Shown here: one piece after another, positions 10,697-20,931 of the stretch | Numbering within the stretch: the first letter of the stretch is position 1 | Layout of the letters: every line of letters begins with the position of its first letter | NCBI GenBank assembly: GCA_963771465.1 | Contig: CAVYTU010000011.1 | Span: 1 to 64,000 of the forward strand | Direction: 5' to 3' | DNA from: an uncultured delta proteobacterium | GTDB lineage: Bacteria; Desulfobacterota; Binatia; UBA9968 | DNA: 64,000 bases | Position numbers and translations under genes: made by a program | The notes under the pieces: generated by a model | What the model was told of the DNA's origin: nothing | Databases searched by the model: none | What the model saw: the letters and a program-made list of their open reading frames with translations, nothing else

Positions 10697-11189
10697 ATGA
10701 CCAGTCCAAGGTCAAGCCGATTCCCGATGGAATGCATTCGTTGACCCCACACCTGGTTTGCGCCGGTGCCGCCGACGTCATCAAGTTCTACGTGAAGGCA
10801 TTCGATGCCATCGAACTAGTTCGTCTGCCGGGCCCTCAAGGCAAGTTAATGCACGCTTGTATTCGGATTGGCGACTCAGCGCTCATGTTGGTCGACGAAT
10901 CTCCTGAATGGGCCATGCTCGGCCCGAAGGCGCTGAAAGGTTCATCGGTCACCTATACGTCGAAGATGTCGATGCCGTCGTGGCGCAAGCTGTTGCTGCC
11001 GGAGCAAAAGTCACTATGCCGCTAGCGGCCACGTTCTGGGGTGATCGGTATGCCCAGCTCTAAGATCCGTTGGGCCATCGCTGGTCGGTGGCGACCCATA
11101 AGCGCGATGTCAGTCCCGAAGAGATGAAGCAGGCGATGGCCAAGATGGGCGGCCAACCCAAGTGCGCGGCGCGGCATCGGCGTGACTAA
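10697..11189 (+). pseudogene. VOC family (PhnB/glyoxalase-like) protein, disrupted
   Basis: VKPIPDGMHSLTPHL...MHA...IGDS; second frame LYVEDVDA...FWGDRYAQL*DP.GHRW has an in-frame TAA as well as frameshifts. Confidence 0.8.
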
Positions 11190-11289
11190 GATCGACATCG
11201 CGCGATTGCAGCGAGCATTCGAAAATGCGTAACGCCAAATTTGTTGTTAGAGAGAGCTGAATCGCGGTTGTATTCGTAAAGCTTGGCGT

Positions 11290-11970
11290 TTACTGCACGA
11301 CTTCGGAACTAACGATGCTGCTGGTGAGCGCGTATTCGCGCTTGATAAAAGCACGGTATTCGGGCGCCATGCGGTGATGCGGGTTGCGCGAATTGAGATG
11401 CATGGTATATCCGTCTAATTTAACAGCGATTTTGGCCTTGGTGCCGACATCCTCCAAAGTGAAGGTGCCGGCACTCTTGTCCAGGCCGACCACTTTCATG
11501 CCCACCGACTCGCCTAGCGTGGCGATCGACTCGAGCGGTTCGGCTCCCGCTTTTTTAACCAGGTACCAGTAGTCGTTGACGAAAGGATCCTCGAAGAAGC
11601 GCGCGACTTCGAGATGTTTGACGATGCCGCTTTCGTTGAACGACATCAACACGACGGCGCGGGTATTGGTCGGTACGACGCCGGCGTTGAACGGTAGAAC
11701 GGCCATTCCCGCTCCGAAGCGGCGCTCGGCGACTTCGTAAACCGTGTCGGAAAAATTGTACGACCAGCGATTTCGGTCCGTGTCATGGTCATGGCCAAGG
11801 ATTCGCTCGACGTCGCTCTTGGTCGTTTCACCGACGCGTAACAGCGCGATGCGGTCCTCAATGCTGCCTTCGGCGATCATCTGTCCTGAGTTGGTACAGC
11901 CGTAAATCGCCACCAGGGCGAGCATCACCAAACCATAGATCCGGCGCTTGAAAACGGTATTGGATGTCAT
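11290..11970 (-). CDS. Lipoprotein with BamE/SmpA-like N-terminal domain
   Basis: Lipobox AIYGC; LRVGETTKSDVERILG...W.Y...F...G.V pattern. Confidence 0.65.
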   Translation of the reverse strand: MTSNTVFKRRIYGLVMLALVAIYGCTNSGQMIAEGSIEDRIALLRVGETTKSDVERILGHDHDTDRNRWSYNFSDTVYEVAERRFGAGMAVLPFNAGVVPTNTRAVVLMSFNESGIVKHLEVARFFEDPFVNDYWYLVKKAGAEPLESIATLGESVGMKVVGLDKSAGTFTLEDVGTKAKIAVKLDGYTMHLNSRNPHHRMAPEYRAFIKREYALTSSIVSSEVVQ

Positions 11971-12014
11971 GACAGTTTCCTTCTTTATTGTAACGATTGC
12001 CATTCGCTAACCGA

Positions 12015-13298
12015 TCAAGCAAGAGTTGGCACCGCGCCAAAATAATTTTGCCAGGCTAGGCTTAACAACTCGTCGGTTAAAATCTTGGGTCGATCCTCGT
12101 ACTTGCATACATCGGCGCAGCGCTGGATCAAGTCGCGCGGTTCGCAAGCTCTAAGCGGGCGTTTGTCAGCATCGTAGAGCCGATAAATATAGTCGAGCCG
12201 CTTGGGATCGAAATCAAACTCGTTGGCTTGCACGTATTGCTGAAAAATTCTCGTGTAGGTATCTCGGTCGGGTGGATTGACATAGAGGCGATAGCCCATG
12301 CGGCGCAGGAACGCGTCATCGACTAAATCGCTGGGGTCGAGGTTGGTGGCGAAAACCAGTAGCTGCTCGAACGGCACCTCGAGTTTCTTACCCGTATGAA
12401 GGGTGAGGTAATCGATGCGGCCTTCCAACGGTACGATCCAGCGGTTTAGCAGATCGTGGGGATCGACACGCTGACGGCCGAAGTCGTCGATGACCAAGGT
12501 GCCGCCGTTGGATTTCATTTGGAACGGCGCTTCATAGAAGCGCACGGTTGGGCTGTAGATCAAATCCATGGTTTCGATGGTCATCTCGCCACCGACGATG
12601 ACGATGGGCCGCTTGATTCGAACCCAGCGCTCGTCGTAACTGCCGAGGCCATCGACGGACACCGGATGATGATTATGGAGATCGAAAACTTTGATCACTT
12701 GACCGTCGATCTCAATGGCGTGGGGAATCCAGATTTCGCCGTGTTGTGCTTCATGTAACGCAACTGCAATGGAAGTCTTGCCGTTGCCGGCCGGTCCAGT
12801 CATGAAAAGGCTTCTTCGCGAACTGGCGACTAGTCCGAGAGTCTGCAAGGTCGCATCGGGCAGGACCAGTCCAGACATCGCCAAATACACGGCCTTGGGT
12901 TGGATCGGCGCTCGTGCCGCGCTCTGGCGCACCACCATGTCCGTGTATGCCGACAGGGACACCGGCGCCGGTCCAATATAGCCATTGATGCTTAGCAGCT
13001 GTTGCGACCGCTGCCAGCCGCGATCAAGCAGCCCGTAACGGTTGTTGCCGTAGCTGATAAGGCCACGGATCTCGATGAATTTCTCCCGATAAAGGTGTTG
13101 CAGCAGATCTTCGGTGACTGGCATCGATAACTTGAGCTTAGTAGCCGCTCGTTCGGTTGTACAGTTGGCGTCGGCGTAGACGGTTTTGAGCGCCATATCG
13201 GCGAGAAAGCCAAAGTCGAGGCCTGTGTTCTCGACCTTAAGCGGCAGCGCTGGAACTGACTCTTGGGATAATCCTTCAAGGGACTGTGGTTTGCTCAT
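12015..13298 (-). CDS. Uncharacterised AAA+ ATPase with N-terminal winged-helix-like segment
   Basis: Walker A GPAGNGKT, Walker B LVIDDFG, sensor FATNL, AFLRR arginine finger. Confidence 0.85.
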   Translation of the reverse strand: MSKPQSLEGLSQESVPALPLKVENTGLDFGFLADMALKTVYADANCTTERAATKLKLSMPVTEDLLQHLYREKFIEIRGLISYGNNRYGLLDRGWQRSQQLLSINGYIGPAPVSLSAYTDMVVRQSAARAPIQPKAVYLAMSGLVLPDATLQTLGLVASSRRSLFMTGPAGNGKTSIAVALHEAQHGEIWIPHAIEIDGQVIKVFDLHNHHPVSVDGLGSYDERWVRIKRPIVIVGGEMTIETMDLIYSPTVRFYEAPFQMKSNGGTLVIDDFGRQRVDPHDLLNRWIVPLEGRIDYLTLHTGKKLEVPFEQLLVFATNLDPSDLVDDAFLRRMGYRLYVNPPDRDTYTRIFQQYVQANEFDFDPKRLDYIYRLYDADKRPLRACEPRDLIQRCADVCKYEDRPKILTDELLSLAWQNYFGAVPTLA

Positions 13299-13504
13299 GT
13301 TTTCTCTCGAACTCTCCGATTTCTCGATTAAACTTGGACTTTGGGCGCAACGTCCACAAAGCCTTACTTTGTAATGACGCACATTTTATGAGGTTAGGGT
13401 TTGTTTGGCAATCCGCTTGTTGCCTCGCTCGTAGACTTACCACGCCACCCCAATTGAAGCAGCTAGATCTGTATGTTATAAGAATCGCCTAACGAGAGGA
13501 ACCT

Positions 13505-13732
13505 ATGAAAGCAGGAATTCATCCAGAATATAAGACGGCGACGATTACTTGCGCCTGTGGCCAAGTGGTGGAGACGCGCTCCACGGCGGGTAATCTTCAC
13601 GTGGAGATTTGCTCCAATTGCCACCCCTTCTTTACCGGCAAACAAAAATTTCTCGACACCGCGGGCCGGGTTGAAAAGTATCGCAAGAAATACGGCCTCA
13701 AGAACGCAAGTGAAGCGGAGGATCGGGGCTGA
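13505..13732 (+). CDS. rpmE: 50S ribosomal protein L31 (Zn-binding type)
   Basis: [27 protein letters not shown]. Confidence 0.98.
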   Translation: MKAGIHPEYKTATITCACGQVVETRSTAGNLHVEICSNCHPFFTGKQKFLDTAGRVEKYRKKYGLKNASEAEDRG

Positions 13733-13763
13733 ATGTGACCTATTAGGGATTTACGGAACAGGG

Positions 13764-13800
13764 AAGGGCAAAGGGCATTTAGCTCCCTTTGCCCTTTTTT
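13764..13800 (+). terminator. Rho-independent terminator after rpmE
   Basis: AAGGGCAAAGGG-9 nt loop-CCCTTTGCCCTT followed by a T run. Confidence 0.8.
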
Positions 13801-13844
13801 ATTGGTTCGGGGCGGTGAATCCAAGGCCAAAGTCGCGATAAGCC

Positions 13845-14900
13845 ATGCTGGATAAATTAGCCGAAGTCGAAAAACGCTACGTCGAGCTTGAAGCGCTGAT
13901 GCTGGATCCTCAGTTGCTCCACCAGCAACGAGAGTATTCCAAATTCGCCAAGGAACGCTCCGAGCTGGAAGAGATCGTCGTCCGTTACCGTGAGTGGCGC
14001 AAAGTCGAGCAGGAGATCCAAGAGAATCGCCAGCTCCTGGAAGAAGACGACGAGCCGATCCGTGAATTGGCCAAAGAAGAACTGGTGTTGCTGCGCGCCC
14101 GCAAAGAGGAGCTGGAGAATAAGCTTAAGGTTCTGATCCTGCCGAAGGACCCCAACGATGCCAAGAACGTTATCGTCGAGATCCGTGCCGGTACCGGCGG
14201 CGACGAGGCGGCCTTGTTCGCGGCGGAACTATTTCGCATGTACTCGCGCTACGCCGAGTCGCGCGGCTGGCGCGTCGAGATGATGAGCTCCAGTCCCACC
14301 GGCCTTGGCGGCTACAAAGAGATCATCGCCAGCATCGAAGGCCAAGGCGCCTATAGCCGCCTCAAGTTCGAAGGCGGCGTGCACCGGGTGCAACGCGTAC
14401 CGGTAACCGAAGGCTCGGGCCGCATTCATACTTCCGCGGTGACCGTCGCGGTGTTGGCGGAAGCCGATGAAGTTGAAATCGCCATCGATCCCAAGGAAAT
14501 TCGCATTGACGTTTTTCGCTCGTCGGGCCCGGGTGGTCAGAGCGTGAATACGACGGACTCGGCGGTGCGCATCACGCATATTCCGACCGGCATCGTCATT
14601 TCATGCCAAGATGAAAAGTCGCAGCATAAGAACCGCGCCAAGGGCATGAAGATTTTGCGCGCGCGCTTGCTGGAAAAGAAACAGGACGAGCAACAGTCGG
14701 AGATCGCCGCGACGAGAAAATTGATGGTTGGCAGCGGCGACCGAAGCGAGCGCATTCGCACCTATAATTTCCCCCAGGGGCGGTTGACCGATCACCGGAT
14801 CAATTTGACCATTTACCAATTGGAAAAAATCATGGAAGGCGTCATCGACGAAGTCGTCGAGGCGCTGATCACGCACTATCAAGCTCAGGCGTTGAAGTAG
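13845..14900 (+). CDS. prfA: Peptide chain release factor 1
   Basis: GGQ motif, PVT specificity tripeptide, [10 protein letters not shown]. Confidence 0.98.
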   Translation: MLDKLAEVEKRYVELEALMLDPQLLHQQREYSKFAKERSELEEIVVRYREWRKVEQEIQENRQLLEEDDEPIRELAKEELVLLRARKEELENKLKVLILPKDPNDAKNVIVEIRAGTGGDEAALFAAELFRMYSRYAESRGWRVEMMSSSPTGLGGYKEIIASIEGQGAYSRLKFEGGVHRVQRVPVTEGSGRIHTSAVTVAVLAEADEVEIAIDPKEIRIDVFRSSGPGGQSVNTTDSAVRITHIPTGIVISCQDEKSQHKNRAKGMKILRARLLEKKQDEQQSEIAATRKLMVGSGDRSERIRTYNFPQGRLTDHRINLTIYQLEKIMEGVIDEVVEALITHYQAQALK

Positions 14901-14957
14901 CGCTAATGGTAAGCCATTGGGGGGCGACGCAGCAGCGGAAGATGATTAGAGGCTTAG

Positions 14958-14984
14958 CCGCAAAGAACCCAAAGTGCGCAAGAA
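14958..14984 (+). repeat. 9-bp-period CGCAAAG-type tandem repeat
   Basis: CCGCAAAGA-ACCCAAAGT-GCGCAAGAA between prfA and prmC. Confidence 0.55.
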
Positions 14985-15037
14985 AAGATTCGCAATCGGA
15001 ACGGCAACAGCGCTGGATAATCGGACAGGGTGAAACT

Positions 15038-15955
15038 ATGGAGAGCGCGAGCTTTGAGAAGTCAGCGAATTTTTCGCCGGTGCGGGAGTTGCTCAGCCAA
15101 GCTGCGCGTAGCCTAACCGCCGCCGGAATCGAAAGCGCGCGGCTCGATGCCGAGGTGTTGCTCGGTCACGTATTGGCGCTGACCCGCGAGCAACTGATCG
15201 TTGCGCACGACTTGCTGATATCGGCTGGCCAGGTTCATCAATTCGCAACGCTATTGCAGCGTCGCTTGCGTCGGGAGCCAGTCGCTTACATCACCGGCAG
15301 GCAAGAGTTCTGGTCACTGGATTTTCAGGTAACGCGAGATGTTCTGATCCCACGGCCCGAGACCGAGCGGCTGGTCGAGGTCGCGCTCACGCTGGCCGTC
15401 GACTTGGACGCAAAAAAACCACTCCGCGTGCTCGATATCGGTACGGGTAGCGGCGCCGTCGCAGTGAGTTTGGCGGCGGAACTGCCATGGGCGGAAATTG
15501 TTGCAACGGAAAATTCACTGGCAGCTTTGGCAGCTGCGCAAAAAAATGCCGCACTCAACCAAGTCGCGGATCGAATGACATTTTTACCCGGCGATTGGTT
15601 CGCGGCGCTCGGCGGCGGGCACGCTTTCGATTTGATCGTTGCCAATCCGCCGTACCTTCGCCGCGCCGAGATTGCCATTCTCGAGCCGGAAGTCAGTCTA
15701 TGGGAACCGCTCGGTGCGCTCGACGGCGGCGCCGATGGCTTGGATTGTTACCGCTGCATCGCCTCTGAAGCTTGGCAGTTTCTGACGCCTAACGGCGCGC
15801 TGGCGCTGGAAATCGGCGCCCACATGGGCGGCGAAGTTTGCGCCCTATTCAATCAAGCTGGGCGATACCGTGAAGTCGCACTATTTCTAGACTATGCCGG
15901 GCACGACCGAGTGGTCGTCGCTAAGCTTGCGGCGAATTCCGTTGGTTCGAATTGA
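15038..15955 (+). CDS. prmC: Release factor glutamine methyltransferase
   Basis: LIPRPETE, LDIGTGSG, NPPY; follows prfA. Confidence 0.96.
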   Translation: MESASFEKSANFSPVRELLSQAARSLTAAGIESARLDAEVLLGHVLALTREQLIVAHDLLISAGQVHQFATLLQRRLRREPVAYITGRQEFWSLDFQVTRDVLIPRPETERLVEVALTLAVDLDAKKPLRVLDIGTGSGAVAVSLAAELPWAEIVATENSLAALAAAQKNAALNQVADRMTFLPGDWFAALGGGHAFDLIVANPPYLRRAEIAILEPEVSLWEPLGALDGGADGLDCYRCIASEAWQFLTPNGALALEIGAHMGGEVCALFNQAGRYREVALFLDYAGHDRVVVAKLAANSVGSN

Positions 15956-15967
15956 GGAGCAAAGGGC

Positions 15968-17236
15968 GTGGACCGAATCATCATTCAGGGCGGTAAGCGG
16001 CTCAGTGGCGAGGTGGTCGTTAGCGGCTCGAAGAACGCCGCCCTGCCGATTTTGATTTCATCGCTGTTGACGCCTGAGCCGTGCACTTACCAGAGCGTGC
16101 CCCATCTCGCCGATATTCGCACGACTTTAAGACTGCTCGCCGGTCTGGGCGACAGGAGCGACAACAAGCGTTGGCTCGACGGCGCCGATCAACTCACGCT
16201 GCAAGCGGATCAGATCAAAAACGTCGAGGCGCCCTATGATTTGGTCAAGACCATGCGCGCTTCGTTCCTGGTGATCGGGCCGCTGGTAGCGCGCTTTGGA
16301 CAAGCGAGGGTGTCGACGCCGGGCGGCTGCGCTATCGGAGCGCGTCCTATCGATCTGCATTTGAACGGACTCAAAGCGATGGGCGCGACCATCGAACAGA
16401 CCCACGGCTACGTCGAAGCGACTGCGACCAAGTTGCGCGGCGCTAAAATTTATCTCGATCTACCGTCGGTAGGTGCGACGGAAAATCTCATGATGGCGGC
16501 AACCTTGGCCAAGGGTACGACCTTGATCGAGAACGCCGCCAAAGAGCCGGAGATTGATGATCTGGCCAAAGCGCTCAACGCCATGGGCGCGCGGGTTCAA
16601 GGCGCGGGCACGGATATCATCCAGATCGACGGCGTTGACTCGCTCGGCGGCGTGACTCATCGAATCATTGCGGATCGCATCGAGGCCGGCAGTTTTGTCA
16701 TCGCCGCGGCGCTCACCGGCGGCGACGTGTTAATCAAAGGCGCGCGCGCCGCTCATCTCGAAGCGTTTCTGATCAAGCTCAAAGATGCGGGGGTGAGATT
16801 CAGCGCGGACGGCGAGGGGATTCGCGTGCAGCAGAATGGCAAGATCAAAAGTGTCGATGTGAAGACGCTGCCCTATCCGGGCTTTCCCACGGACTTGCAA
16901 GCGCAGATGATGGTGTTGATGGCGATCGGCGACGGCGTCAGCGTGATCACCGAGACGATCTTTGAGAATCGTTTTATGCATGCTCAGGAGCTCGACCGCA
17001 TGGGGGCGCAAATCAAGCTCGAAGGCAGCCGGGCCATCGTGCGCGGCGTGCGCGAGCTCTCGGGTGCGCCAGTGATGGCGAGCGATCTGCGCGCCAGCGT
17101 GGCTTTGGTGCTGGCGGGTTTGGTCGCCAATGGCACCACGGAAGTTGCTCGGGTTTATCACTTAGATCGCGGCTATGAACAGATTGAACGAAAACTTTCC
17201 TATCTCGGCGCGCAGATCGTGCGCGTGGCAGGTTAA
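15968..17236 (+). CDS. murA: UDP-N-acetylglucosamine 1-carboxyvinyltransferase
   Basis: [29 protein letters not shown]. Confidence 0.98.
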   Translation: MDRIIIQGGKRLSGEVVVSGSKNAALPILISSLLTPEPCTYQSVPHLADIRTTLRLLAGLGDRSDNKRWLDGADQLTLQADQIKNVEAPYDLVKTMRASFLVIGPLVARFGQARVSTPGGCAIGARPIDLHLNGLKAMGATIEQTHGYVEATATKLRGAKIYLDLPSVGATENLMMAATLAKGTTLIENAAKEPEIDDLAKALNAMGARVQGAGTDIIQIDGVDSLGGVTHRIIADRIEAGSFVIAAALTGGDVLIKGARAAHLEAFLIKLKDAGVRFSADGEGIRVQQNGKIKSVDVKTLPYPGFPTDLQAQMMVLMAIGDGVSVITETIFENRFMHAQELDRMGAQIKLEGSRAIVRGVRELSGAPVMASDLRASVALVLAGLVANGTTEVARVYHLDRGYEQIERKLSYLGAQIVRVAG

Positions 17237-17270
17237 GTTCGTTCAAGTTCAAGGGTTCAAAAGTTCAAGA
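17237..17270 (+). repeat. GTTCAA tandem array (mostly 8-bp period)
   Basis: GTTCAA at 17241, 17247, 17255 and 17263, directly after the murA stop. Confidence 0.8.
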
Positions 17271-17291
17271 TCAGAAACATTCGTTGTGGGT

Positions 17292-18587
17292 ATGAAAATT
17301 CGCTTGGTGAAGACATCTGACGCCGGCTTTAAGCCGCTGTTGGCGAAAATTCTCGGCCGGCGCGGTACGCGCACCGGCGGTGTCGAGCAGCGCGTCGAAG
17401 CGATTGTCACGGCCGTCCAGCGCCACGGCGATCAAGCCGTGCTGCGCTATACGAAGCTGTTCGACCGCGTGCGTCTGACCGCGGCGACCATGGAAGTCAA
17501 ACCGGCGGAGATCGAACGGGCGCTTGTTAAAATTTCGCGTCGGGATTTGACCACGCTTCGACTCGCGGCAAAGCGCATCGCGGCGTTTCACCGCCGCCAG
17601 TTACAAAAGAGCTGGCAGTATCGCGATCCATTGGGGATGATGCTTGGGCAGAGCATTACGCCGCTCGAGCGCGTCGGCGTTTACGTTCCCGGTGGCAAGG
17701 CTTGCTATCCATCCACTGTGTTGATGAATGTGATCCCGGCCAAAGTTGCCGGCGTCAAAGAAGTCATCATGACTTCGCCGATCGGCGCTGACGGCGCGAT
17801 CATTCTCGCCGCCGCTCACGTGGCCGGCGTCGATCGCATTTTTCGCGTTGGCGGTGCCCAGGCCGTGGCGGCGCTTGCGTTTGGCACCCGTACGATTCCC
17901 AAGGTCGACAAAATCGTCGGTCCCGGCAATATTTTTGTCGCCACGGCGAAACGCATGGTCTTCGGTGAAGTGAATATCGATTCGATCGCCGGGCCGAGCG
18001 AGATTCTTTTACTCGCCGATAACTCCGCCGATCCGATGCATGTCGCCGCCGACATGCTGTCGCAGGCGGAACACGATGAGTTGGCGGCGGCGCTCTGTCT
18101 GACCACTTCGCTGGCGACGGCGCGAAGAATTCAACAGGCCGTCGACGCGCGGCTGAAAAGCACCAAGCGCCAAGCGATCACGCTCCAGTCGTTAAAAAAA
18201 TATGGCGCGATCATCGTCGCGCGCGGAGAAAAGGAAATGGTCGAGCTAGCCAACGCGATCGCGCCTGAGCATATCGAATTGCTGGTGCGCCGGCCGCGCC
18301 AGTTGGCGCGCCAGATTCGCAACGCCGGCGCAATCTTTCTCGGTCCCTATTCGGCGCCGCCGTTGGGCGATTATCTTGCCGGACCGAATCATGTGTTGCC
18401 GACCGGCGGCAGCGCGCGCTTTTTTTCGCCCCTGGGGACCTACGATTTTCTCAAGCGCACCACGCTGATTCACGCCGAAAAACGCGCGCTCAAGGCATTG
18501 GCGCCGAGTATCATGCACTTGGCGCGACTCGAAGGGTTGGACGATCACGCGCGGGCGGTGGAAGCGCGGTTTCCGGAGAGTTTCTAA
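17292..18587 (+). CDS. hisD: Histidinol dehydrogenase
   Basis: GVYVPGG, KIVGPGN, AGPSE, QAEHD, APEH, GPNHVLPT. Confidence 0.97.
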   Translation: MKIRLVKTSDAGFKPLLAKILGRRGTRTGGVEQRVEAIVTAVQRHGDQAVLRYTKLFDRVRLTAATMEVKPAEIERALVKISRRDLTTLRLAAKRIAAFHRRQLQKSWQYRDPLGMMLGQSITPLERVGVYVPGGKACYPSTVLMNVIPAKVAGVKEVIMTSPIGADGAIILAAAHVAGVDRIFRVGGAQAVAALAFGTRTIPKVDKIVGPGNIFVATAKRMVFGEVNIDSIAGPSEILLLADNSADPMHVAADMLSQAEHDELAAALCLTTSLATARRIQQAVDARLKSTKRQAITLQSLKKYGAIIVARGEKEMVELANAIAPEHIELLVRRPRQLARQIRNAGAIFLGPYSAPPLGDYLAGPNHVLPTGGSARFFSPLGTYDFLKRTTLIHAEKRALKALAPSIMHLARLEGLDDHARAVEARFPESF

Positions 18588-18618
18588 ATTTCGGATCAAA
18601 GTTGGTTAGGAGATAATC

Positions 18619-19206
18619 ATGGGACGGACAGCGAAGGTCGAGCGTAAAACCAAAGAGACGGATATCAAGATCTCTTTGGATATCGATGGCAGCGGGCAGG
18701 CGGCGATCGAAACCGGCATGCCGTTTTTCAACCACATGCTTGACGCGTTCAGTCGCCACGGCTTTTTCAACGTCAACATTCAAGCCAAAGGCGATCTCGA
18801 AGTCGATTATCATCACACGGTGGAAGATGTCGGCTTGGCGTTGGGACAGGCGTTCAAAGACGCCCTCGGCGACAAGCGCGGTATTCGCCGCTTCGGCGAA
18901 GCGAGCTGCCCACTAGACGAGACGTTGGCCAACGTCGTCGTCGACCTGAGCGGCCGGCCGTATTTGTCCTACAACGTGAAGATTCGACCGGGTCGCGTGG
19001 GCGACTTCGACACCGATCTGCCGCACGAGTTCTATGCTGCTTTCACCAATCAGCTGGGCATGAATCTCCACATCGATGTGCCGCGCGGTGAGAACCCGCA
19101 CCACATCATCGAAGCTTGCTTCAAAGCGTTTGCCCGCGCGATGGATTTTGCTACTCAAGTTGACCCGCGGGTGGATGGCGTTCTGTCGACCAAGGGGAGC
19201 TTGTAA
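18619..19206 (+). CDS. hisB: Imidazoleglycerol-phosphate dehydratase
   Basis: [26 protein letters not shown]. Confidence 0.98.
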   Translation: MGRTAKVERKTKETDIKISLDIDGSGQAAIETGMPFFNHMLDAFSRHGFFNVNIQAKGDLEVDYHHTVEDVGLALGQAFKDALGDKRGIRRFGEASCPLDETLANVVVDLSGRPYLSYNVKIRPGRVGDFDTDLPHEFYAAFTNQLGMNLHIDVPRGENPHHIIEACFKAFARAMDFATQVDPRVDGVLSTKGSL

Positions 19207-19213
19207 AAACTTT

Positions 19214-19255
19214 GTTCAAAACGTTCAATCAGTTCAAGCCGTTCAAATCGTTGGA
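19214..19255 (+). repeat. GTTCAA tandem array (9-bp period)
   Basis: GTTCAAAAC GTTCAATCA GTTCAAGCC GTTCAAATC GTTGGA between hisB and hisH. Confidence 0.85.
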
Positions 19256-19258
19256 CAC

Positions 19259-19876
19259 ATGATCGCGATCATCGACTATGGCATGGGCAATCTGCGCAGC
19301 GTGCAGAAGGGGCTGGAGCGGGTTGGCTTCGAGGCATCAGTCACGCGCGACGTCGGCGAGATTCAGTCGGCGCGCGGCGTCGTGTTGCCGGGTGTCGGCG
19401 CTTTTAGCGCGTGTATGGAAAACCTCGCCAAGTTCGATCTGATCGAACCGATTCGCGAAATCGTCCGCGGACATAAACCGTTTCTAGGAATTTGCCTGGG
19501 TTTTCAACTGTTATTCTCCGAGAGCGAGGAGTTCGGTAAACAGAAAGGGCTCGACCTGTTTCCCGGCCGAGTCGTCGGCTTTCACGCCGACGAAACGCTT
19601 AAGGTGCCGCACATGGGTTGGAATCGCATCGACAAGCGCAAGGATTCGCCGTTCTTAGAAGGCATAGCGAGCGGCGATTACGTGTACTTCGTCCACTCGT
19701 TCTACGTTTTACCGGATGACAACGGGATTGTCGCGACGACAACTGATTATGGCAAGTCGTTCGTTTCCAGCATCGCGACGGATCGTCTCTTTGCTTGTCA
19801 GTTTCATCCGGAGAAGAGCCAAGAATTGGGCCTGCGCATTCTCACCAACTTCGGGCGCTTCGTAAAAAACAATTGA
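19259..19876 (+). CDS. hisH: Imidazole glycerol phosphate synthase, glutaminase subunit
   Basis: IIDYGMGNL, PGVG, GICLG, QFHPEKS. Confidence 0.97.
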   Translation: MIAIIDYGMGNLRSVQKGLERVGFEASVTRDVGEIQSARGVVLPGVGAFSACMENLAKFDLIEPIREIVRGHKPFLGICLGFQLLFSESEEFGKQKGLDLFPGRVVGFHADETLKVPHMGWNRIDKRKDSPFLEGIASGDYVYFVHSFYVLPDDNGIVATTTDYGKSFVSSIATDRLFACQFHPEKSQELGLRILTNFGRFVKNN

Positions 19877-19965
19877 TAATGGATAATGGAGAATTGAAAA
19901 TGATCGGACCGCGGTCGGAGCGGCGGTGTCTTAAATTATCCATTATCCATTATCCATTTTCCATT
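19871..19965. repeat. Inverted pair of heptamer arrays (AATGGAT)n / (ATCCATT)n
   Basis: AATTGAT AATGGAT AATGGAG AATTGAA ... ATCCATT ATCCATT ATCCATT TTCCATT, with a GC-rich spacer containing palindrome GACCGCGGTC. Confidence 0.9.
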
Positions 19966-19970
19966 GCCAT

Positions 19971-20705
19971 ATGCTGATCATTCCCGCCATCGATCTCAAA
20001 GACGGCCGTTGCGTGCGCCTGTTTCAAGGCGAGATGGATCAGGAAACGGTTTATTTCGAGGATCCTGTCGATGCGGCTAAACATTGGCTCAGCGAAGGCG
20101 CTAGCTTTCTGCACATCGTCGATCTGAACGGCGCGGTGGAAGGTCGGCCTGTGCATACGAAACAAGTGGCGGCGATTTGCCAACAACCCGGATTGTCGGT
20201 CGAGCTTGGCGGCGGGCTGAGATCGATCGACGCCGTCCAAGCGGCATTCGACTTAGGCGTTGCGCGCGTGGTCATCGGCACGGCGGCGTACGACAACGAG
20301 GAGTTTCTCCGCAGCCTGTGCAAAAAATTTCCCGGCAAGATTGTCGTCGGTATCGACGCACGCCAGGGCAAGGTTGCGGTTAAAGGGTGGAAAGAGAGGA
20401 CCGCGATGGACGTCGTGGAATTGGCCCAGCGCTGCGAACAAGACGGCGCGGCACGGATTATTTACACCGACATCAGCCGTGACGGCACGCGCGACGGAGT
20501 GAACTTGGCCGAGACTATAAAAATCGCTCAAGCGGTAAAAATTCCGATCATTGCTTCCGGCGGCGTCGCCACGCTCGATGATATCCGCGGACTTCGGCCG
20601 TTGGAAAAAGAAGGCGTGGAAGGCGTGATTGTTGGCAAGGCGCTTTACAGCGGCTCATTTACATTTCGAGAAGCTCGAAGGGTTGCCGCTTATCAAGGTG
20701 ACTAG
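19971..20705 (+). CDS. hisA: ProFAR isomerase
   Basis: IPAIDL..G.CVRL.QG, HIVDL.GA, GGGLR, TDI.RDG, ASGG. Confidence 0.97.
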   Translation: MLIIPAIDLKDGRCVRLFQGEMDQETVYFEDPVDAAKHWLSEGASFLHIVDLNGAVEGRPVHTKQVAAICQQPGLSVELGGGLRSIDAVQAAFDLGVARVVIGTAAYDNEEFLRSLCKKFPGKIVVGIDARQGKVAVKGWKERTAMDVVELAQRCEQDGAARIIYTDISRDGTRDGVNLAETIKIAQAVKIPIIASGGVATLDDIRGLRPLEKEGVEGVIVGKALYSGSFTFREARRVAAYQGD

Positions 20706-20931
20706 GAAAGGAAAACATTGCCACAGTACGTTTAGGCCCAGCTGTTAATCGTTTCCGCATATCATCTCCAACTTGTCCCAAGTTTGTGTTGTCGTATCAT
20801 CAGAATGTCGCACCCTCGATCTAAATTGGATTACAATCGATCAGTTGCGAGTAACAACAGTTCATCATGACTTGTCTACTGGGCACCTACGCTCTTGGGC
20901 GTCAATAGCAGTAAAGTGCCGAGAAAGCTAT

